Source: Lytechinus pictus
Taxonomy: Eukaryota
Reading direction: 5' to 3'
NCBI RefSeq assembly: GCF_037042905.1
Contig: NC_087250.1
Coordinates: forward strand, 13,456,001-13,520,000
DNA: 64,000 nt
A program made the translations under genes and the position numbers. Each line of letters starts with the position of its first letter. The stretch's first letter is position 1. Under the pieces are notes generated by a model. It ran no database searches. It was not told the origin of the DNA and was given only the letters and a program-made list of their open reading frames with translations. Shown here in pieces: positions 1-11,300 of this stretch.

Positions 1-787
1 GCGGTTTTCAAAGTGGGGGGGGGCTGACCATGCAAAAAATCACAATCATATGGTCATTTGTCCGGTAAAGGGTTTTTTCGCGGGACAAGTCCGGCCCGCG
101 AATTGTAAAAAAAAAGGGGGGGTGTACTAGTTGACTTTCACCCGGAAATTTCTTTTAAAAAGGGGTGTTTTTTTTTTCTCTCTGTCTCTCAATCATCTCT
201 TTGGACTCCTGAGATATTTAAAAATCTTTCCTAGTATATATAGCTAAAATTAAGCAGCCATATTGGATTGAGGACAAACAATAAAAACTCGTACATTAGA
301 CTATGAAAATTCATTGTTTTTATGGTTTTGCTATTGTTTTGCATGTCCTCCAACATGACATCATGCAGGGAACCTCTATTGTAATGACAGCTTACCGTGA
401 GATGAAGGGGGGGGGGGTGTCTGTCCTAGCTGAGATAGAGGGTTTGAATGAGAGCTCACCTGAAATATATTGGGGTACGTGTTCCGGATTTAGGGGGTAC
501 GTACGTCTCTCAGGCAGGAAAAGCCCGCGAAATTAAGGCCGGGGTTAAGAAATTTTGGCAGAAATGAGACACGGGGTGCTTTCAAAGCTGCATGGGGCCG
601 CGGCCGGAACGGTTTTCAAAAGTGTGTGTGGGGGGTGACCATAATGCAAACAATCACAATCCTATGGTCATTTTCACGTTTTTCACAGTTTTGGAAAATA
701 GTGGGGGCCGAAGCCCCCCCCCCCCACTTCCGCGGCCCCTGCAAAGGGAGTGAACGATCATAGACGTACCCTAAATAACAGGGGGGG

Positions 788-3700
788 CAGGGGCGGATCC
801 AGATTTCGCCAAAAGGGGGGGGGGCGAAAAATATTTTCATCAACATTTTTCTCGATTGGCCGCTATAATCTGATTTTTTTTTGGTTTTTCAGGGGTTATT
901 CCTAACTAAAGACTGAAGTTTTAGTTTTTATTGTTATAAACAAGATAAGGTATCTCACGTGGTCTTAATATAATAACGATAAACGCCAACTCAAGGCTAC
1001 TGACAAATCATACACTATAATGCGAAGGAAAGAAACCCATCGTAATATTGAGTCATTGAAGGCAGATTTGGCTGAAGAATCTTGGCAAGATATTTATCTT
1101 GAACATAATGTTAATGACTCTTATGAAAGATTTTTGGACAAACTTCTTTATTATTACGAAAAAAATATGCCATTAATAAAAATTAAATCGAATAAAAAGA
1201 AGAGCAAACAACCTTGGATTACCCAAACTATAATCAAATCCATATTTACTAGAAATAGATTATATAAAATATCAATTAAATCGCCTACAACTGAAAATAT
1301 AAATAAATACAAAAAATACCGCAATAAATTAACATCAGTTATACGCCAAGCTCGAAAATCCTACTTTTCTGATAAAATTGAAAATAATAAAGATAATAAT
1401 TATACATTATGGAAATCTATAAAAGAAATTTTAGGTAAGAAAAAGGAAACATGTGATAACGTTAATTTCGTAGACAATGGTCAACAAATGCAAGACTCCT
1501 TTGATGTTGCTAATGCATTTAATAATTTCTTCAATAATATTGGCCCAAAACTAGCTTCAAAAATAACATCTAATGATGATGACTTTTCTGTATATTTAAA
1601 CGATGTTCCAGAACATTCTTTATTTTTCAATCCAACAAATACTAACGAGATTTTAGAGATTGTTAGGTCCATGAAACCGACTAAATCCTGTGGGCATGAT
1701 GGTATAAGTGTCTATCTTTTGAAAAAAATAATTTATTTTATAGCCTCCCCGCTTTCGCATATTTTCAATCGTTCTCTTTCTTGTGGTATTTTCCCCGATC
1801 TACTGAAAATTGCAAAAATAATTCCAATATACAAAAAAGATGATCCATGTCTTATCTCAAACTATCGTCCAATTTCTTTATTACCGGGTATCTCTAAAAT
1901 ACTTGAGAGAATAGTTTACAAGCGTTTATATTCTTTTTTGAACAGCAATAATTTACTGATTCCTAATCAATATGGTTTCAGAGATAATCATTCAACGGAC
2001 CTTGCACTTTTGCAATTATGTGACAAAATTTCTGATTCTTTATCTAAAAAGGAACACACTGTTGGTGTTTTTATGGATTTGTCGAAAGCATTCGATACCA
2101 TGGATCATCGCATTTTACTTTGTAAATTAATGAAATATGGAGTTATAGGGGGGTGGTTCTCGCTTGGTTTAAAGATTACTTAAGCAATCGACGCCATTAT
2201 GTTTGTTTTAAATCTAAATCATCTAATATTTGTACTTTAAAATGTGGAGTACCACAAGGATCTATTTTGGGTCCCTTGTTATTTTTGATTTATATGAATG
2301 ACATTGTGAATGCATCTAGAATATTAACGTTTGTTTTATTTGCAGATGATACAAATGTATTCTATTCACACAAAGACTTAGATATACTTGTTCCAACACT
2401 TAATTTAGAATTGAAGAAATTATCAATGTGGTTTAGAGCTAATAAGCTCTCTTTAAATATAAACAAAACAAATTTTATGTATTTTCAACACATTCAAAGT
2501 AAACACAAGTTTCTCAACAACATTTTTATAGATGATATTCCCATCACGGAAAAACAAGAAACCACATTTTTAGGTGTTTTGATTGATTCAAATTTGACTT
2601 GGAACAGTCACACTCGCAATATTTGTATGTTGACATCCAGAGGGATAGGAATCTTATATAGATTGAAATATTATATCTAAAAAAAGTCATTATTTATGCT
2701 TTACAATTCATTCATCTTATCCCACTTATCTTACTGCAACATTGTTTGGGGGTATAGTAGTAAGTCAAGAATAGAAACTATATTCCGTCTTCAAAAAAAG
2801 GCACTTCGCATCTGTACACTTTCACATTACATTGCACACACTAATCCAATATTTCACAACTTAAAGACATTGAAAATTGAGGATATTAACACATACCAAA
2901 TAGCCATATTTATGTTTAAATTTTCCACAAATACCATTCCAATTCCATTTCGCAATTTTTTTATCTATAACAAAGACATACATACTTATCCAACGCGTCA
3001 TTCAACAGATATCCACTTAACCAACCCCAGAATCTTACTCACTCATAAAACAATTCGCCACCATGGTCCAGATATTTGGAATGCCTTGCCACATAACATC
3101 AAACAGTCCGCGTCTCTTTTTTCTTTTAAAGCTTCATTGAAAAAGTTTCTTATTTCTAAGTATTCATAAATGTATCACCTGCACTCACCCACTAGCACTC
3201 ACTCGCACTTTAAAAAAAAACTTTATCTTGTCTCTCCCCATTTAAAATCTAAACTTTTATACTTTCTCTTTTGTGACATCATTTTATCGAATTCTATTCA
3301 TAACCTATTATTACGGTTCCCATGTAGCCCTCCCTCATGGCTGCTATTGTTTCAAGCAGTTACCTGCTTATTATAGCTGGCCCCTGCATTTTTACCCACT
3401 TTACTATTTTACGTGCTTCATTTATGTATTATTCAGCCTTATTCATTATTTATATTTTCGATTGTCACACAAAAATGTACTCATTTATGTCATTGTTATT
3501 GTATCATTCTATTTTCACTTGTTGATTTATGAATAAAATGCAGAAATTCCTGCAAAAAAAAAAAAAAATAATAATAATATGCGAGCGCGAAGTGTGAGCT
3601 CAAATTCTTTGATATTTTATGTCTTCAGACCTGAAGATTGTGAGCAGATTTTATAATCATGAACAAAGATAAGTGTCCAACTAAACAATGCGAGCGCGAA

Positions 3701-4469
3701 GCGCGAGCCGAAATTTTAATATAGTAACGTAAAAAGAGAATTAGGTCTGTTTTAGTGATTAATATATATTATAATGAAGAGGATACAAGTATCACCAATT
3801 AAATAATGAAAGTGTGAAGCGCGAGCTAAAAATTTTTGATATTCCGACCTGAAAACTGAGTCTAATTAAGCGCGTTTTTATTTAAATAAAGAACAAACTG
3901 TGTGTCTCAAACAATTATGCGAGCGCGAAGCACGAGCTTAAATTTTACTGACATGATAAGGGCCATTTTAAGAAATTTTGGTAAGAATTTCCAAAGAGGA
4001 TAGGTATCTCACAAATCAAACGATGCGAGCGCGCAGCGTGGGCTGAAAATTTGTACGTATGGCAATTTGTGTAAATCAAACAAAATAATGAAAGCTAATT
4101 GATGTGCGAGCTAAAATTATATTGTGTGCAAATTGATTTCAGAACTGGATATATTAATTGCCTTTTAATCCTCTTGATTGAGATTCATTACACAGGCATT
4201 GCAAGCGCGAAGCGCGAGCGAATTTTTTAATATAAATTCTATTTTCCAATTCTTCCCCTCACCTTTTTCTTGTTTCCTTTCGGGTCGGGCCGGCCGTTAC
4301 GAGGTTGTAAATTACACATCATGGGTATAATACCTCTTTCTTACTTTTCTTTCTGTTTTTCATCGTTTCTATCAAGTTAAAGAGTACACTTTTTTCTGCT
4401 GGTTGCCAAAAAAATAGGGGGGGCGGAGGCCGTGGAGCCGGCTCGGCCCCCTCCTGGATCCGCGCCTTG
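788..4469 (+). mobile_element. Non-autonomous element with ~110-bp periodic GCGAGCGCGAAGCGCGAGC motif, split by the LINE
   Basis: Ends GGGCGGATCCAG / CTGGATCCGCGCC; 788-976 and 3571-4220 align to the related copy starting at 19562. Confidence 0.6.
977..3570 (+). mobile_element. 5'-truncated CR1/L2-group (Crack-like) LINE; RT ORF with one frameshift (~2150) and one stop (2678)
   Basis: NYRPISLL, NQYGFR, FMDLSKAFD, GVPQGSILGPLLF, FADD, FLG, WNALP motifs; 3'UTR with AATAAA at ~3532 and A-tail 3554-3568; TAATAA at both junctions. Confidence 0.92.
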
Positions 4470-5025
4470 GGGCTGCATGCATTTTTATTTCTGGAGTATG
4501 GGTGAATTTGGATGGAAAAGAAGCCAAGACTGAAGAAGGGTAATTTGCAATATTTTTTCTGTTTATATGAAAAGAAGAAATGAAAAACGACAAGTGTGTC
4601 CATGCACATAGATTTGTATGGAGGTGGTGTGTATTTTTGTTCTGGATCGTTTGGGGAGCGTGCGTGGGAGTGGCAATTTTACACGTGTCGATCGAATGGG
4701 AATGGGAAATCAGTCAACGAAAGCCCGTTTCCACAAACCTCTCGAATGCATGCTGCTCGTATTTGGCCGTGCACTATCCCAAGTGCAGTTCATATTGTGC
4801 GAGAATTTCCATCAATGAGAACGTTGATTTTGCATAAACAATCAGACCAACAAGTTGAATTGACATTGATCACCGGCCCGTGAATCTATTCACATTTTCC
4901 TGTACTTATTTTTTCAGCCTGAGAAGTAGCTGGCAACAACACCAATGCTTGTACAGCAACTAGCACTATTTACGCCATTTTCATACGTAATTCTTGGCGA
5001 AATTATACCATCTCGTTCGGGGAAA

Positions 5026-5395
5026 ATGAGGTTAAAATTCAAGACGCTGGTTATGCTCTCGTTAAGCGTGGGCTTGGTAGCGCTTGGTGGATATTTTTAC
5101 CGGGGGAGTGGCGGGGAAGGAGATTACAACGGCCGCTTATCTGCTCAAGGACCGCTTGTTGGCGATGACTTTGTTCGCGTGCCCGGCCACGTACGGCAGA
5201 AACAAGACGCAAAGAAGCATCGAGTTATTGAAGATGAAATCGTGAAAAATGTTATGAGCGATGAAGGAAAAGGAAAGAAACACAGGATAGAAGACAAAAT
5301 GGAGGAAAAAGTCCCGCCGCCAGCACCAAGGAAAGTGAGAAAGGTTTTCCCGGACCCGATTAGTTTGAAACCACAGGGACCGAAGCCAGAACTAG
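5026..5395 (+). CDS. GXYLT1: GXYLT coding exon 1 (cytoplasmic tail, signal-anchor TM, charged stem)
   Basis: AAAATGAGG start; [25 protein letters not shown] type II anchor; donor AG|GTATG, phase 1. Confidence 0.85.
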
Positions 5396-8300
5396 GTATG
5401 TTCACGGTCTTTGATTTCATTAATATGACTGAGAGTATGCTGATAGAGGGTTGTGATTGACAAGTATGAATCATAGATTGTTGAAAAATGAAAATACATC
5501 CTCATTAAGTCAGAGGGGGGAAAAAGGCAGGTGATGATTAATATATTGTAGAGACTAATATTATGTGACACAAAAGTAACATTGAAAGATTTTATTTTCT
5601 ATATTTATTTTATTGACTCAAGTGCAGAAATTACCATCTATTCTGCGGAGTTATTAAAAACCATCTCTTACGTTTGTGTACCATATCCTTCAGACCTTCA
5701 CACTAGGTTTATATGCTAGAAGGCAAGACCCAATTTGGAATACATTGAATGAACTAACCAAGACATAAAATTGCATGTATTCATATTTTTTCTTTTATTT
5801 ATTTTAATTTACTACAGGTGAAAGGCAAAACCTCCCCCATGGAGCTCCCGTCAAAGAAAAAGTCCCCCAACCCCCTGTGCAACCGCCACAGCCCCCAGGA
5901 AATGGCCAACTCCACCGCCAACAAGCACCTCAACCCCCTGCAGCTCAACCCCCTGCTCAACAAGCCCAACCAGCTCAACCACCTGCACAAAAACAAGCCC
6001 AACCAGCCCAACCCCCTGCACAAAAACAAGCCCAACCAGCCCAACCCCCTGGGATAAATGACAAGCCCCACCCCCAGGACATCAATAATCCCCACCCAGG
6101 CCAAGAAACCGCGAACATCAATCAAGCTCGACTAGAGGCAGCAAAACAAAAACAGGTACAATAATCAAATTAAAGGGTGATCCCATATATATGATAGCAC
6201 TAGATGGGGGATTCAAAACTTCTACACAGAATTTTGAAACTCATTAAATATGCTAATTTATGTGCATTTTTCAAAATTCACAAAAAATGCTTCTTCTTTA
6301 TTCGTTGACCGTTTTTGATTTTTTTTGCTTCCATCTGGTAGAGCTTCATGAGGTTCACCAAACTTCTACACAGAATTTTGACTAGAACAATTTTTATGCT
6401 AGTTTTTGCCAAATTAATTTATGCATTTAAAAAAAAATTCACATAAAATGCTTCTTTATTTGTTGACCGATTTTGATTTTTTTTTCTTCCATCTGGTAGA
6501 GCTTCATGAGGTTCACCAAACTTCTACACAGAATTTTTTAATTTGGAGTAGAAAATTATTTATGCTAATTTATGCAAAATTCATAAATCACAGTGACTGA
6601 ATTTCAAAATGCTTCTTCGTCATTTCAAGTCTGATTTCAATTCTGTTTGCTCTATATGATAGCGTTAGGTGGGGGATTCAAAACTTCTACACGGAATTTT
6701 GACATTCATTAAATATGCTAATTTATGCGTATTTTTAAAAATTCACATTAAATGCTTCTTCTTCAATTGTTTTTTTTTCTTCCATCTGGTAGAACTTCAT
6801 GACGTTCACCAAACTTCTACACAGAATTTTGAAATTTTCAGCAGAAAATTATTTATGCTAATTTATTCAAAATTAATTCATAAATCACAGAAAATGCCTC
6901 ATCTTTATTTGTTGACCGATTTTGATTTTTTTTCTTCCATCTGGTAGAGCTGCATGAGGTTCATCAAACTTGTCCACAAAATTTTTGTCTAGAAAATTAT
7001 TTATGCTAATTTATGCAAAATTTATTCATAAATCACAAAATATGTTTTTTCGTCTTCATTTGTTGATCAATTTAAATTTTGTTTGCGTCATATGATAGCT
7101 CGACGTAGTGATACAAAATTTCAACAGAGAATTAAAAAATTCATTAAACATGCTAATTTCAAAACTCACAACAAATATTTATTTGTTGATTGATTTTGAT
7201 TATTTTTGTTCCATCTGAGAGCTACATGAGGTTTACCAAGGTTCTACACAGAGTTTAGAAATTTTGACTCGAAAATTATTTATTCTTCATAAATATAAAA
7301 TTAATTCATAGATCACAAAAAATGCTTCTACATCATACATGTATGTCATTTCTTCACCAATTTCGATTCTATATCAATTAATGTCACCAATCTAATTCAC
7401 TACAGTGTCAACTGTCCTAAAATTAAAGTTGTTTTAAATTTCGTTGCGAGAGGATGAGCTCCACATCATTGATGTGCTAGTTATATTATGAAGACCCCAT
7501 GAAGCAGACAATAAGATAAACTTTTATTAACAGGGTCCTGTAACATAAAGGTTAGCGATTTTTACGATTGATTGTACATTGTGGTCAATGCAAATAATAA
7601 ATCATAGAAACATGCTGCATGATCATTGTTAAAGGTCAAGTCCACCCCAGAAAAATGTTGATTTGAATAAATAGAGAAAATCAAAATAGCATAATTAACG
7701 CTGAAAATTTCATCAAAATCAGATGTAAAATAAGAAAGTTATGACATTTTAAAGTTTCGCTTATTTTTCATAAAACAGTGATAGGCACAACTCAGTGTCA
7801 TGCAAATGAGACAGACGATGATGTCCCTCACTCACTATTTTTTGTTGTTGTATTGTTTGAATTATACAATATTATAATTTTTACAGATTTGACAATAAGG
7901 ACCAATTTGACTGAACTATATCATAAACAATGCTAAATCCACATGTTCATCGAGGAATTAATCGTTGTTCCACTTGGCAGGACCAGGATGTGCATATAAC
8001 TATTTTTTTTTATTAAGTGAAACTTTAAAATGTCATAACTGTCACAGATAATGTAGATGAGAGTATTTTATAAGGCTATACACAAATAAAAAAGAATCTT
8101 TCAGAAATTGAATAGTTACAAGTTAGATCGAGTTTTATTTCAAGAAGACAAATCGTCTAAACTTGTAAATTCAAATCAATATAAATCACATAATATAAAA
8201 CAAATGTAATAGTATATAGGTTGAAAACAAATGATTCTGTAAATATGAAATAATTAGAACGCTTAATTGATTATGTGCTTCTGAGGGTCTTCACTCCACA

Positions 8301-11300
8301 GCAGAGTAATAAATTCATAAAAAAGATCTGTATGATCTTAAGACTTAACTTTATTAAAGTAAAAGATAATGGACCAGTTCATATGTATGTATGTTGTTGA
8401 AAACCGCGAACAAGATTTGTCAATCTAAGACGTAGCTGGTCCTCGTAGACGGCAGGTAGACTTTGTGTCCGATGATCAAGCCCTTTTATCCAGTGCCTTT
8501 CGATCACGGCCAATGTCTCATCAATTCGATGATGGCTTTGAAAGCCGGCCTATGCATATATACGGCTGTAAAAATAATTACAGGGCAATAATAAGCAAGG
8601 GTATCAATGATTAAAATTCCCTACGCAAATCATGTTATATAATTGTTTCAATTTCTAAAGCCTGGTCACGTATAGTATTTATACAAGCACATATGATGAA
8701 ATTCAACTATATGAGTTTGAATAATTCCTTCCTTATACAGTTCAAATAAAATAGCAAATGGTCATTTTCAAATGTGTGTGACACGACAATCGGAGAGGGT
8801 TAAGGGCTCATATCTTTAAACTTAAAGGTTATGAATCAATCATGACAACTATATTATATACAATGTAGGACTGGCATGGGCCACTACCAGTTTGATTTTA
8901 ATTCTACAATTTGTTTAGTAGATATGATTGAAAAATGATGCGTGAGTGACACGACAAATTTTGGACATGGGTTTCTGACCATTATCACTTATGATTGGAT
9001 TCGTGCCCAAGTGGCTGTCCAGGAGTACTGTGAGTACCCATACATGTACGTAAATAGTGTACCTATCTAGCACATATAGTCAGAATCAATCAAACCTTCT
9101 CTATGGAAAATGGTGCCCTCCTATATACCGTGAGTGACACAACATCCAAAACGTGAGTGACACAACAAGTGCAAAAATACAACATTTATCTCAACAACGA
9201 AAGTATTTTTGGCATGATGTACAAGAGTGAAATCCCATCAACCAAAAAACAAGCTTAATTACATAACAACTGCCTTCTTCAAAGTTGATAATGTGTCATC
9301 CTAATGATTTATTCTTGTTTATGGTCATATTTGCCCATCAACTCACATTCCCTATACCATTCCACATTATTGTCACACTCGGGCTTCTACCACTCTCTTT
9401 GGAGGAGAAGGCACTTGAAGGAGGTGTTATGTGGTCTTGGCATTGACATCAACTCAAACATTCTTTTTGTGGCCTGATTTCATTCAAAACTTTTACTCTT
9501 TCTCCCTATCTGTATATGAAAGTTTACGGGTTTACAATTCAGCATCCACAACTGATGGAATAATTTTTCCTTGTAAGAAAGGTATTCGCAATTTAGTCAC
9601 TCGCATCATCTGGCATGGTCTGGTAGCCAATGATGTCATGTATGACTCCTTTTTCTTGAAATATTGGATTACAATATTATCCTCCTTAAATATTTTAGGC
9701 ATCAATGTCCAAATAGGACTTGGCAGCTTCAATGTCTTTTTTGTACACTGTACCAAACCACAGTTACTTGGCTGCACACTTCAGATGGACTATTAGCAAA
9801 TGCTTGAGAAACTTTTATAGGGATCAAGTTCAACTCATCAAGCATTGGTTTTCTCCTGAACACTGCTTGTATGTGGACCCCTCCAAAGGCACTGTACCAA
9901 AATTCAGAGCTATGATTTTCAGCAGGAATCTTGCTGCTTTCCATTGCTAATTATCATATTTGATAATAAACCAAACCACGGGTAATACATGGAAAGCCAC
10001 GAGGTAAAAGACCATAGTCAGTACCTGATTCTTGCAAAAAGCCACAGCACAGTCTGTTGGTATTACCTACCACTACAAGTCATTAACCTTTCCTTTGATG
10101 AGCCCTTGGATGTTACACTGAAATTCAATTCAGCATCCCCAACCATCAAATACTCCCCCTATACCTCCATATGGCATAGCTTTTTGCCGACGAGGTCCAG
10201 CTCAGTTCTAACCAGGGTACCCCCCAAGAAAAATTGATCTACATGAAAACACGGTAACTCACCAAAGTTGCTCAAATGCAAATTCGGTCTTGGTTGGGAC
10301 TTGTTGGGACCTACATAATTTACGCTATCAATTTGTTGTGTGTAATGCAAATCTGCTCTGAACCCACATTGGCCCGCTCACGGTAGTTTGCTGTGCAGAT
10401 CCTAGTTCATCACTAGTGGTATGAATGGTGGCTGAACAAAGAATGATTTTTTAACCAGGCATGTAGTTACTTCAAGCAATATCCAAAATGCTCTTTTAAA
10501 TCTCAGTATATTCTCACCTGAGATGTTCTTGCGAAAAAATTGTTTATTTCATGTCCTCGAATACATGCTTTGTGGCAAAAAAGGTTAATTTTAATTAATC
10601 AGAAGGGAAAGAGTTTTATCTGATTTTGAAAGAATGTTTGTTGTTAACGGAGATCTCTTCATACACTTTTCTACCATTAGAATATTTTATCTATTTCTGC
10701 AAATTTCAGAATAAGATCCCTGACCTTGCTAGCTTTAAACCTTTCTTAATTAGTAAGACAAAGAAATAACATTCCTAAAAAATGGAGACAGAGAATGTTC
10801 AAGTCATACCTGACTAACTTGAACCATCACCAAATCTTTATGCACTGTAAATATGTTCATTACTATGTATAGTGGTGTTTCTCTTGATATATTCATAATT
10901 TTGTGTTGATCGATTATGTTATTATATTCTTTTATCTCAGAACATCATCAAAATATGAATAAGGATCTGAGTCTTCACACAAATGGAAAGTTGTCAGGAC
11001 TTTTGAAACTGAAGAAACCATGGAGAGGAAAGAAAAAAGATGAACTCAACGTCAAATTCAATATTTCCATTGATAGGGGTGAAGTTGGGAAAACAGAAAA
11101 AAATATTAGCCTTACATAGGCCTAAATGATGTCAGGAACAACATATTGACCCTATCCCTGAATTTATCTCGTAAAATGCTTTAAAAATTATTTGATGTCC
11201 TTTTTTATACACAATATGAGACCGTGAGTGACACAACATTTCGTGAGTGACACGACATTGTGAGTGACACGACACGACTTTAACAGTTAATTTTAGCTTA

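Noticed and set aside
9431..10350. Host gene nested in intron 2
   Set aside because: Short stop-broken frames enclosed by transposon TIRs; kept only as unassigned element cargo
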